Below are positions 52,071-63,960 of a stretch of 64,000 nucleotides of DNA, in pieces. The stretch spans positions 44,021,473-44,085,472 of the forward strand of contig NC_068995.1 in assembly GCF_001194135.2 (NCBI RefSeq). The letters are read 5' to 3'. Origin of the DNA: Octopus bimaculoides. Lineage: Eukaryota. Each line of letters opens with the position of its first letter. The first letter of the stretch is position 1. The notes under the pieces are model-generated. The model did not search any database, was not told where the DNA came from, and saw only the letters and a list, made by a program, of their open reading frames with translations. A program made the translations under genes and the position numbers.

Positions 52071-52651
52071 GATCACGGGTACGAAGCCCAATCCAATTAT
52101 TTCTGTATTAAACAAAACTGCAATATATTGATATTGCGTTCCATAAATGCATATAAATTTGGAATTAAAGCAACGTAAAAAAGCGTCGTGGCTTAAGAGA
52201 ATTTTGTGGTAGAAAATATATGAATGATATAAATGACAAATTCTTATCAATGAATTAATAAATATGCTAAACGTGTAGAACAAATGGTTTTGAAGTAAAT
52301 AAAAAAGAAAAAAGGATGAAAATTATTGCTTTATTGGATATAATTCCTGTCAAAGATAAGGAATGCCTATTTCAATTATATCCCAAATTGACAGGTCTGG
52401 TGAAAGGGAATCGGACATAAATATCTCAAAACTTTACTGATTGATAGCAAGAAAAAAAAACATTAGCAAGAAACCCTGTAAAAACGAAAGGATAATAATA
52501 ATAATTACTATAATCATAAACATTATTATTATCTTTATTATTTTTATTATCATTATTATTATTATTTTATGTTTGACTTTTGTTTTGCATTTGTACAAGT
52601 TGGATCCAAGTCTCACCCAGAGACCTCAAGAGACAACAAGTTAGAAGTTCA

Positions 52652-52657
52652 TGTAGG

Positions 52658-52738
<81 letters not shown>
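52652..52738. repeat. (TTA)n microsatellite
   Basis: Direct reading. Confidence 0.97.
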
Positions 52739-52739
<1 letters not shown>

Positions 52740-52784
52740 GGAGAAGCACAACGATGGCGACGACGAAGAAGCGAAAGGAGACGA

Positions 52785-52968
52785 AAATATTACGAAGAAA
52801 TAATTAATCATGTCTTTGCTGCATATTTTTCACCAAGAAACTATACAGGCATAGGCATGACCAGCAGGAAATATGTGCCATAAATGCACCACAGTAGATC
52901 TCAAAGTATAGTGAAGTGATGATATTCTCAGATATGCCACTCTACATAGACACAGAATTCAAGGCGAT
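52785..52968 (+). pseudogene. R4/Dong-clade fragment 5 (zinc knuckle to RLE start), decayed
   Basis: EEIINHV..RHDQ..QEIC..IFSDMPLYIDTEFKA, compared with the R4-type ETINHI..RHD..ILWDMPIHTDREIKA. Confidence 0.55.
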
Positions 52969-53304
52969 AATAGCCAATATATTCATGGAATACTTTGAGA
53001 ATTTGGCTTTAGGATCAACATCACTAAAACCAACCCTTTAGCTGCGATATACTCTGTGCAAGTGCTGTTAGACCATGTGAATTCAATAAAGCCATCCATA
53101 CGGTTCACAATGGAAAAGGAAAAAGATAATCAGCTAGATTTCCTGGACGTATTAATAACACGAACCAAGTATGGATTCAGGACATCCGTACACCGCAAGC
53201 CGACCTTCACTGGACGATACCTCAACTCCAATTCTCATCATCCATACTGTATAAAGAGAGGGATTGCTCAGTGCCTAAAACATCGAGCAAAGAATATAAG
53301 TTGA
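52969..53304 (+). pseudogene. Penelope-like RT fragment
   Basis: IANIFMEYFE..LKP..LRY(VDD deleted)..SIRFTMEKE..LDFLDV..VHRKPTFTGRYLN..SHHP. Confidence 0.88.
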
Positions 53305-53320
53305 CAGTAAACAACTGCTT

Positions 53321-53349
<29 letters not shown>

Positions 53350-53357
<8 letters not shown>

Positions 53358-53520
53358 GTATATGTTTGTGTGTCTGTGTTTGTCCCCCCACCCCCAACAT
53401 CGCTTGACAACCGATAGAATAAGTACTAGGTTTACAAAGAATAAGTCCTGGGATCGATTTGCTCGACTAAAGGCGGTGCTCCAGCATGACCGCTGTCAAA
53501 TGACTGAAACAAGTGAAGAG
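53350..53520 (+). mobile_element. SINE-D 3' half with an internal 52-bp deletion
   Basis: Comparison with 45541-45720. Confidence 0.9.
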
Positions 53521-53974
53521 TATATATATTTGAAATTTATTGAAAACATAAGACGAAAACAGGTGTATGAACAACAGAAAGGAATAAGAAAAAATAAACA
53601 GAGAGAGGATGAAAAAGACTTGTAGATTTCAGTGGTCCATCATGGTGAATACATTTTCCTTTAACAAATTGCATTCTTGATATGCGTGCTTGCTTTACTG
53701 AACAAAATAAACCGAATCAATCTTTAAAAAGGCAACGTTAAATAACGTAGTTTGGATACATCTCTGAGATAAAATAGAGAACGGTCACAAAGGCAACACC
53801 GTCCATCATAGTAAAAGCTTTATCGTGTCTGACCTGGAGTAAACAACGATAACAGCCGATAACTTAGCTTCTTTTATGTCATCCTTAGATGGATGAGATG
53901 ATAAAAAAGGTCTCATGTTACTCAATACTTCGCTGTTTCTTCAACTTCAAATGACACTTTCTAAGTTTGGTAGA

Positions 53975-54165
53975 ACGCCAGAAATTTTGAGGGGACGCAG
54001 TTAAGCCGTTTGCTTCGATCCCGCTACTTGATTGGTTACAAGTTTATTTTATCAACTCTAGAGAGATGAAAGTTATCGGACAAAATCGACCTCGGCAGGA
54101 TTTGAACTTGGTGTATCCGGCGTTTGAGCAAATACCACAAAAGGATTTGTATTCCAACTCTCCAA
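53975..54165 (-). mobile_element. SINE-A, diverged
   Basis: AAAATCGACCTCGGCAGGATTTGAAC core. Confidence 0.75.
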
Positions 54166-54204
54166 CGATTTCGCCATCTTACCACCGTTTGCGACTCTAA
54201 GAAA

Positions 54205-54420
54205 TACTACTTTCTACTATTGGCATAAGACTTAGAATCGGGTGGGGTAGGTAGCAACTAGTTAATTACATGGAGCCCAGTACTGCTTTTATCGACCCCG
54301 AAAAGAATAAAAGGAAAAGTTGCTCTCAGCATTATTTGAACTTAGAATGTAAGAGTATAAGAAATGCTGCTAAGCATTTTTCACCCCAACGCGCAAACGA
54401 TTCCACTATCTCGCCATCTC
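54205..54420 (-). mobile_element. SINE-A, diverged
   Basis: TTTATCGACCCCGAAAAGAATAAAAGG..CTCGCCATCT. Confidence 0.75.
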
Positions 54421-54535
54421 GCAATTCCACCTAATAATAAGATTTAAGTGGATATTTGGCATAGCTTTGCAATGGAAAACAAATTTAACCGATTAATGCC
54501 ATATATTTCAAGAATATTCTAAAGATGAAATGCAA

Positions 54536-55239
54536 NNNNNNNNNNNNNNNNNNNNNNNNNNNNNNNNNNNNNNNNNNNNNNNNNNNNNNNNNNNNNNNNN
54601 NNNNNNNNNNNNNNNNNNNNNNNNNNNNNNNNNNNNNNNNNNNNNNNNNNNNNNNNNNNNNNNNNNNNNNNNNNNNNNNNNNNNNNNNNNNNNNNNNNNN
54701 NNNNNNNNNNNNNNNNNNNNNNNNNNNNNNNNNNNNNNNNNNNNNNNNNNNNNNNNNNNNNNNNNNNNNNNNNNNNNNNNNNNNNNNNNNNNNNNNNNNN
54801 NNNNNNNNNNNNNNNNNNNNNNNNNNNNNNNNNNNNNNNNNNNNNNNNNNNNNNNNNNNNNNNNNNNNNNNNNNNNNNNNNNNNNNNNNNNNNNNNNNNN
54901 NNNNNNNNNNNNNNNNNNNNNNNNNNNNNNNNNNNNNNNNNNNNNNNNNNNNNNNNNNNNNNNNNNNNNNNNNNNNNNNNNNNNNNNNNNNNNNNNNNNN
55001 NNNNNNNNNNNNNNNNNNNNNNNNNNNNNNNNNNNNNNNNNNNNNNNNNNNNNNNNNNNNNNNNNNNNNNNNNNNNNNNNNNNNNNNNNNNNNNNNNNNN
55101 NNNNNNNNNNNNNNNNNNNNNNNNNNNNNNNNNNNNNNNNNNNNNNNNNNNNNNNNNNNNNNNNNNNNNNNNNNNNNNNNNNNNNNNNNNNNNNNNNNNN
55201 NNNNNNNNNNNNNNNNNNNNNNNNNNNNNNNNNNNNNNN
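54536..55239. other. Assembly gap
   Basis: N-run ending at (TA)n. Confidence 1.
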
Positions 55240-55282
<43 letters not shown>

Positions 55283-55789
55283 ATGTGTGTGTGTGCATCT
55301 ATGTATATAAGTATATATATGTATGTATATATATAAGTGCGAGTTTGTGTTTACGTTTGTGTTTTTTCTGTATATATATATATATTTGCGTGCATACGAG
55401 TTTAGATATACGCCTATGCATGATTGTATGCATGCATAGTCATTTGTACATGTATTGTTACTCTGTTTATGTGAATTTAATTAGTATCGATATATGTGTG
55501 TGTGCTAGTGTTTGTCTGTGTGTTTGGTTATGTATCGCTCTGAAAATCTATATTTGTCTGTTTCTTTGTGTGTATGTATTAGTTTGTGTAAGAGTGTATG
55601 TATTTATCTATATATGTATATGCGTGTGTATACGTATTTGTTTACGTGTATGTCTATATATATGTGTGAACGCATATTTGTTATTTCATATTTTTCAAGG
55701 ATCCGTTTTCTTTGTTTACCTAAAATTGCAATATTCTACTATTTTAAATTTTTTTCAACAATCTTCGCGAGAAATGTCATTGAGCTTAG

Positions 55790-56220
55790 TAACAACCCTC
55801 ACCCACTACCCGATAGTTACATCATCCCTATACAACAGTTACCCCTTCCCTAATACCCGTTATTCACACCATCCCCATAGACTAGCTACCCTTCCCTAAT
55901 ACCTGTTATACTCTGTATTACCACTAAAAAACATTACTCTACTCATCCTACCACCCGTATTTTTACTGTCCTGAGAGAACAGCTCTTTCTACTTACCGCT
56001 CTACCCGTTATTTATATTATCGCAAAAGAACATTTCCTTCTATCCACTCCCTACCTATTGTCCATTATTCATACAACCCCAAAGAACACCCCCATTCTCC
56101 ACTACACGTTATACACAATATCCTCGAAGAACAATTTTTTCTATCCATCGCACCATCTGTTATTCACAGTATTTTCATACAACAGTTCCCCCTTCTTCAC
56201 CACCCGTTCTTGAGAGAGCA
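55790..56220. repeat. Degenerate C-rich tandem array, about 45-50-bp units
   Basis: Recurring AACAG..CCCTTCC..CCCGTTAT motifs; strongly G-poor plus strand. Confidence 0.5.
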
Positions 56221-56652
56221 GTTCGTTATTAAACTCAAGTCAAAGAATACAATGTATTCTGTCCTCCCCACAGCTCCTAGAAAGAGGGAGAGAAAGAGAT
56301 AATACTTCCACCAGAACTACGTATGACACAACTAACCCAAAACGATCTTTTTTCTTCGAAAATATAAAAATAGCAGATATATTAAAAAGTCATACAATTC
56401 CCGATAAATTGCCACGAGATTATAAATATATATTACAGAAACGAAGAAAGGAGGAATCAAAGAATACAGATAATTGAATAAATAACCAATCCAAGAACAG
56501 TATTATTCCGACTTAGCAGAGTTTTATGCCTACACTTCCAGCCATGATTAACATGTGTCATTTCAATTTCTCATTCACGATTTTTAAAAAAGTATGTGCA
56601 CTATTATGTATTTTTCTATATGTCTACACCTTCTCTCTCCGCCCCTCTCGCT

Positions 56653-56692
<40 letters not shown>

Positions 56693-56717
56693 NNNNNNNN
56701 NNNNNNNNNNNNNNNNN
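56693..56717. other. Assembly gap
   Basis: N-run between (CT)n and (TA)n. Confidence 1.
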
Positions 56718-56751
<34 letters not shown>

Positions 56752-57470
56752 TATATCTGTGTGTGTGTACATATTTCATGCCTAAAAAGCACCAACCCCT
56801 AAACCATACACACACGTTTTCAGAAAACAGTTTAGGCTCACAACACCACAGAGGCTGTTTGCTTCCGAGGGAAATAGCTCTTAATCTTAACCCATGCTCA
56901 GTTCGTTTCGTCGTTCTTTTTTCACAGCAACTACAAACGGTATGTAGCTTTCCAGTTCCAACAATAAAGAACAGTCACCATATTTTCTTCCATAACTGCC
57001 AACTCTGCAGAGCGCAGGCTTACATAATCGGACTGTTACCTAACATCTTGTTGAAACGCTAGTGCAAACTGATTGGTACTATTGGCAGTGATGGATATAT
57101 ATATATATAATGCTGTACTATTCGATTAGAACTCCACGTAAATTATCATCATCTACTCTACTTCTAATATAGTGGCTTCGTTACTACCATACCTAATGTA
57201 CTACTGGTTATGATATACAGAGAAAATGTATGAGAAATTATGATAAACACATGTTTATCAACATTAGTTCCTTACGTCCGTTTCGCCGTTATAGTTGCTC
57301 CATCTGGATGTTCCGAATGCAATTGGATGCTTAACCACAACGGATTATCAGGGAAGCACTTTCTTGGATTACATTCCCAAATGATATAAGCTTGAGTTTA
57401 TCCTATTTTCTCCTATATACGTATATGTATGTGCATATGCGGATGAGCGTCTGTTTGCGTATGCCCGCGT

Positions 57471-57508
<38 letters not shown>

Positions 57509-57846
57509 TGTTTTAGAATTAAAAGCAAAACGCAGAAATTTCACATATAATTCGTAATGTAATCTAATTTAATTATGAACTCGATGTGAATTTCATATTT
57601 TCTTATTTTAATATCATCAATATTTTGCTCTTTAAGATCATTTCAATCGATTATGTATTTACATGCAAGCTGGTTTCACCTGGATTTGCAGCAATTAGAT
57701 AAGCTCTTCTTTAACGACTTGCTATTAAGTGAGCCCTTAATTACCTTAAATATATATTTTCATGATTAAGCATAAATGTTTTTCTGTACTGGGTGAAGAT
57801 AAGAGAGAAATAAATCAATCAATACAATAATTAATTAATAAATTAT

Positions 57847-58275
57847 AGGCGCAGGCATGGCTGTATGGCAAGAAGTTTACTTCCCAACTACATGCTTCCG
57901 GGTTCAGTCCCCCTGCGTGGAACCTCGGCCAAGTGACTTTTACTATATGCTTGGGCCGACCAAAGCCTTGTAAGTGGATTTGGTAGACGAAAACTGAAAG
58001 AGGCCCGTCGTGTGCGTGTGTGTGTGTGTGTGCATGCGTGCGTGTATGTGTGTGTGGCCTTGTGCCTTTGTCCCCCATCACCGTTTGACAATGGCTGTTG
58101 GTGTGTTTATATCCCCGTAACTTAGCTATTCGACAAAACTACCGATAGCATAAGTATCAGGCATCAGCATATAAGTTCTGGCTTCGATTCATTTGGCTAA
58201 AATTTCTTTAAGGTGGTGCTCCAGCATGACCGCAGTTTAATGAGTGAAACAAATCAAAGATAAGAATAAAGATAA
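57847..58275 (+). mobile_element. Full-length SINE-D
   Basis: AGGCGCAGGCATGGCTGTATGG head, internal (TG)n, CCAGCATGACCGCAG tail. Confidence 0.9.
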
Positions 58276-58419
58276 ATAGTACTGAAATATCAAGGAATTC
58301 TTTCTCGTTCCTGTAAAGAAGTTAAATAATGGATTATGTGAGTTAAAACAGGAATAACAAGTGGAATATTTGATGCATATAGGTGAGCGACTTGCCAGCG
58401 TCGTTAAAACGTTGGATAT

Positions 58420-58860
58420 GTTGGTTTCAAATCTTGGCACAAGGCCAGCAGCCTCAGAGAAGGGGGTTAAATCGATTACATCGACCCCAGTGCTCAAATG
58501 GTACATATTTTATCGATGCCGGAAGGATGAAAGGCTAACGATTCTTATTTCTTTATTGCCCACAAGGGGCTAAACATAGAGGGGACAAACAAGGACAGAC
58601 AGGGGGATTAAGTCGATTACATCGACCTCAGTGCGTAACTGGTAGTTAATTTATCGACCCCGAAAGGATGAAAGGCAAAGTCGACCTCGGCGGAATTTGA
58701 ACTCAGAACGTAACGGCAGACGAAATACCTATTTCTTTACTGCCCACAAGGGGCTACACACAGAGGGGACAAACAAGGACAGACAAACGGATTAAGTCGA
58801 TTATATCGACCCCAGTGCGTAACTGGTACTTAATTTATCGACCCCGAAAGGATGAAAGGC
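58420..58860 (-). mobile_element. Tandem stack of three SINE-A units (A1, A2, A2) running into a gap
   Basis: Units at 58420-58545, 58546-58729 and 58730-58860+. Confidence 0.92.
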
Positions 58861-59216
58861 NNNNNNNNNNNNNNNNNNNNNNNNNNNNNNNNNNNNNNNN
58901 NNNNNNNNNNNNNNNNNNNNNNNNNNNNNNNNNNNNNNNNNNNNNNNNNNNNNNNNNNNNNNNNNNNNNNNNNNNNNNNNNNNNNNNNNNNNNNNNNNNN
59001 NNNNNNNNNNNNNNNNNNNNNNNNNNNNNNNNNNNNNNNNNNNNNNNNNNNNNNNNNNNNNNNNNNNNNNNNNNNNNNNNNNNNNNNNNNNNNNNNNNNN
59101 NNNNNNNNNNNNNNNNNNNNNNNNNNNNNNNNNNNNNNNNNNNNNNNNNNNNNNNNNNNNNNNNNNNNNNNNNNNNNNNNNNNNNNNNNNNNNNNNNNNN
59201 NNNNNNNNNNNNNNNN
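58861..59216. other. Assembly gap
   Basis: N-run inside the SINE stack. Confidence 1.
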
Positions 59217-60918
59217 TACCAGCGGGATCGATTTTTTAAAATAATAACAATTTATGGTAAGGAAACTTTGAGCGGATTGGACAAACCTTGTAGAATGTAT
59301 TCGGGATCCTTGCGTCGCTACACTGTTGCCAAGCTGTACTAATCCAAGTCCGTGGTCGTTCTTGTCATTAAAAACATCGGTGGCTCGCAGAGGGGAAATT
59401 TGTACTCTGTGAGCTGAAGTAACCACCAAATATATATTTTCCGACGGAGACCCTACGTGTGTGTGGGGGGGGTCTGTGTCTGTGTCTGTGTGTGTGTGAA
59501 TGTGTGTGTGTGTGTGTGTGTGTGTGTACTAATTAGTGCATACATACAGTGCATATATACACTAATTGAACAAACCTATAGACGAAACTTGATGTCCCAG
59601 TGAACTTGATCTTCGCACACCAATTTTGGTTTGTTAAAACCAGAAAGAAGAAAGCTAATTCGAAGATTACAGATCCAAACCATCAATGGAACTCAAAAAT
59701 GTTTATAAAACTTACCAGAAGTTTAGCATTTATGTATATATGCGCATGTGCAGATATACAACTATAGGCTTGAAAATAGATACATAAAACAAAACATACA
59801 TAACTGCACATACACTGACTTCAAATTCTATATACGTACACACATACATGCACAAATACCGTGTCGATATTGTTGAAATTCCATGGAAGAATCAGGTAAG
59901 AACCCGGTTCTTTCTCAATTGGCAAGAAATTTTGAAATAAAACTGAATAACATATATACATACATGCATTCGTACACACATGTATTCATTATACACATAT
60001 ATATGGTGTGTCAGGCACCATGTATGGAATGAAGTAAAAATTAGCTTCAACCTAAAATGAACCCAGATCACGGGTTTAGATGACTTAAGATGATTTTATT
60101 CGAGTAAACCTTACTCGCTTACTTTTGACTACATGCTGTAAGGATACAAACCCGTTTCCGTCATTTAATTATAATGACTTTATAATGTTGTTTTTACTCC
60201 TTTTTCTATACTTCTAAGCAAATGAACATGTCGTTAAAATATTTAAAAGCTATCAAAAAACCATGTTAAAGAAGCTTAAAAGCATATTTAAAAGTTAGCT
60301 GTAGCTGTTGGATAATACTTTAAAATGCATTAGTAATGAACCGAAGGGGATATTTTCCTTCTCGCTTCTAAATTAAATCTCAATTTGAAGAGTTTCCAAA
60401 TCTAGACTATCAGCCAAGAATTTCGTTCCAATAATAATTATTGTTGTTGTTGTTGTTGTTGTTGTCATCAATATTTTTTAATGTGAGTTTTCCCAATATG
60501 CTATGAGCAGATGGTTTCGTTCTGTCAATTCTGGAAATATTAATCAAATTTATTTAACCGATATTAAAATGATAACCGTCCATTCTGCAGCACTTAAAAT
60601 CAATTATCGATCCCAAACTCGGTTCAATAACGACTAGTTAAGTAAACAGCGGAAACTAATTGATACTTTAGAGTCATGATCCTTCAGATGACATGGAGAA
60701 TAAACAAAGAAATTGGTAAACTTGTATGTTTTACGATGATTACTCCAGAAACAATATCTTCTCTACCACAAAAATTCCCTCTGTAGCATTGGCTGTGGCA
60801 AAAACATTTTATTCGTTGGGTATCTTAAAGTACCCAGTCAGCCAGAAGGATTCCTAATCCAGAACAATTCTACATACATCGTATTTCATGTCAACATGGC
60901 CTAGCTCGAAAATAGAAT

Positions 60919-60978
<60 letters not shown>

Positions 60979-61018
60979 CAGCAGCAGCAGTAGCAGTAAT
61001 TGTTGTAATAGATGCGGC

Positions 61019-61080
<62 letters not shown>

Positions 61081-61090
61081 AAGATGCGGC

Positions 61091-61125
<35 letters not shown>

Positions 61126-61159
61126 CAGTAGCAGCAGTAATTGTAGTAATAGATGCGGC

Positions 61160-61218
<59 letters not shown>

Positions 61219-61280
61219 CAACAGCAGCAGCAGTAACAACAGTAGCAGTAACAACAGTAGCAGTAACAGCAGTAGCAGGG
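60919..61280. repeat. Compound (TAG)n/(CAG)n repeat with higher-order structure
   Basis: Direct reading; a 28-bp interruption is repeated. Confidence 0.93.
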
Positions 61281-61291
61281 GCAGCTTCACA

Positions 61292-61742
61292 AAGGCTTAC
61301 GACATGTTGCCGCATTCGTGGACTTTGGAAACACTCGACATGTGTGGAATAGCTGCGAACGTGTGTACACTGATTAAGAACAGCATGCCTAGTTGGAAAA
61401 CGTGTCTTTCCTGTAACAACCAGCTCTTAGCCGAGGTAACAATCAAAAGAGGTATCTTCCAGACTTTGATTTCCAGACAGACAGGCCGGATATTGTAACC
61501 TTTAGGAGGGACAAACAAAAGTGCCTAATAATCGACGTGACAGTGGCAGGAAATCAACATATCATCATGAAAGAAAGAGAAAAAGTTGAGAATTGAGATC
61601 GCTAAGATCGCTAAGAGAGTCGAACAAAAAGGTTATCCCTGTCGTCATTGGATCATTGGGTTCAACACCACCCAATCTGAAAAAAAACATCTGTAAACCT
61701 TACCGATATCCTACAATCTAGATGTATTGCAAAAGTCGGCCA
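61292..61742 (+). pseudogene. R4/Dong-clade fragment 6 (RT N-half fused to the RLE domain)
   Basis: KAYDMLPHSW..KRGIFQ | DFQTD..RPDIV..CLIIDVTV..IPVVIGSLG..LQKSA; the PD..D restriction-like endonuclease motif is present. Confidence 0.88.
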
Positions 61743-62469
61743 AAGTTACCCGTCTTGTGACAAATTCGCTGGCAGGAAAGCTCTTTCGTTCCTACTTTCG
61801 CCTTCCTTTCAAAGTGGAGCCTGAAAACGTCGATGTTTTTTCTGTCCTCAGTCCTTTCAGACTCATCCACCACACAACCTCTCTCACCAAAGGTAAAAGA
61901 TCTGATCTTAATCTCTATACTACAGATATTTTGTTTCTGTCAAGTATACATTGTTCTCTACTGCTTCATCTAGTTGAAAATATAATACCTAAGGTCAGAC
62001 CACCATTTATTCCTCACTGTAAAACGAAATTATTTACGTTTATGTTTATTTTCGGTCTTTCACTTAAATCAGTACAAAACGAAATGTAGTTGACTACAAG
62101 CGATATCTGAGATCTTTTCTTTGTTACACATTTCGTTATTGATGCGTTAATTGTGAATAATTGATTAATTAGATGACAGAAATGATATCATGGAGATACA
62201 ACTTTCAGGAAGAAAAAATATATTTGTAGTATTTAGCTATGTTGGTATTAACAATGAACTTCATCAGCTGGTCGCCAGAAGGTATTTCCATGCTGGGTAT
62301 TATATTCACAGAATAAACTTCACAGATCCTGTTAACTGGCTTAGTCTTTTTTAAATAAAATATAAAATGTAATGTTATATTTCACAGAATCTAAAGAAAG
62401 ATACAATGAAAAATATTCAGGAAATGGAAAGAAGAGAGTTTTTGGAATAAATTGCGTGAGAATTTTTTA

Positions 62470-62700
62470 TTGCGTTGAGTCAAAAGTTTTGCAATATTTT
62501 GGTAACTTATTTGCTTTATTCGTCAAGTTACAAGAAAAGCAACCTAGTATTCAAGGTAGAGGCCATCGTATTGCACCGTCTGAAACCACCTTTCTTCCAT
62601 TTTTATGATTCCATGCTGGTACCAGTTCTTGTTCTTCGAGGCGAAGAACTTCTTCACTGAAGCCGCCAACTCTTGGTTGATGAAGTGTCATCATTCTTGT
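62470..62700 (-). mobile_element. Mariner transposon 3' end
   Basis: Transposase C-terminus ELAASVKKFFASKNKNWYQHGI..ERWFQTVQYDGLYLEY*, followed by TIR TTGCGTTGAGTCAAAAGTTTTGCAATATTTT and TA at 62468-62469. Confidence 0.85.
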
Positions 62701-63784
62701 TTGTTCGTGCCCTGTCAAGATTGTGTTCTGAGTAGGATCCAAGTAGAAAAGTATTCGTTTAATGTGAAAATACAATATAATAAACAGGGACTTTTTTGCA
62801 TCATATTTTTTTCGTATGAGAAAATATATTTTTCTTGTGTAAACTGACAAAATTGCTTTATGTGAAAGAGACAGAGAGAGAGTAGGGGCAGAAAGAGGGA
62901 AAAGAGAAACAGAAAGAAAACCCCAAGTATGTAGTAAACACGTTCGAACAGAGAATATACAAGAAAATAATGAATGCGCTTTGCTGTAGGGCACATACAA
63001 TTTAAAAGGAAAAATAATGAATTTTCTACCGATAATAATACTGAAATTCACTTAATAACAACATTATCAACAACAATAATGGTTTTTAATAAAACACCAA
63101 CAACACTTGTACATTTTGCCAAACGAGAAATTTGTAAATGGAAGCAACTTTGCAGTTATTACTTACAGCAAACACACAAAAACTAAGCAATAATAACGAG
63201 AATTCAATAACAAGCAAAAAACACCCAGAATCCAAACTCGATCAACATCATTGTTGTAAATAGAAGCAAAAAAACTAACCTGAAGAAGTCTTTAAGGATC
63301 TAATCCTGAAAATACTCAAAGGAAAATTGATGCTGAAGACTTCGACAGAAGTGTACGATTTCATTACAGGAAAAGTTCCTTGCATGGGCATACGATATCT
63401 CGTTCGGCCTTTCATGGATCCCTCCTCGACTACTGAGGAGATTGGATCACCTACTCTGCTTCAAGACCAAGCTATGTAACATCTCACTTGACCAACACTT
63501 TGACCACGTACTCTGTGGTACGTAGGCAGAGGTTCACTTTGAAGTAAGATCACTAAGTCAACAACCTCAGCTCACTATTTTTAGATGTGATAGCCCTGGT
63601 TATTTTGATCCAAAGCTGAAGCAGACAAGTTAGACATGAAAAGACACTCTATACGCAAATATCCAGTGACTTTTGTGTATTTCATCTATGAAATATGTGT
63701 GTATATGTGTCCTAATTAGTACCAAAGAAAGGCATCGGTACACAATAGAAAAACTGCACTGTTGAAAATCCAACTGTTGTTACG

Positions 63785-63925
63785 AAAGGTGGCGATCTAT
63801 AAGAATCATTGGTGCGTCGGACAATACGCAGCATTAATTCCAGGTCTTTAGGTTCTGATTTAAAATTCTGCCGAGGTTGACTTCGTCTTTCATCCGTCTC
63901 GGGGTCGATAAAATAAGTACCTGCT
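63785..63925 (+). mobile_element. SINE-A, diverged
   Basis: AAAATTCTGCCGAGGTTGACTTCGTCTTTCATCC..GGGGTCGATAAAATAAGTACC. Confidence 0.8.
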
Positions 63926-63960
63926 TGCCTTCAGCCTACACTAAAAAGAATTATATTGTA

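Noticed and set aside
26962-59429. Long ORFs containing X runs or dipeptide repeats
   Set aside because: Artefacts of N gaps and microsatellites.
60854-61315. 153-aa Thr/Ala-rich mucin-like ORF
   Set aside because: It is the translation of a triplet microsatellite, starting antisense inside a dead retroelement.
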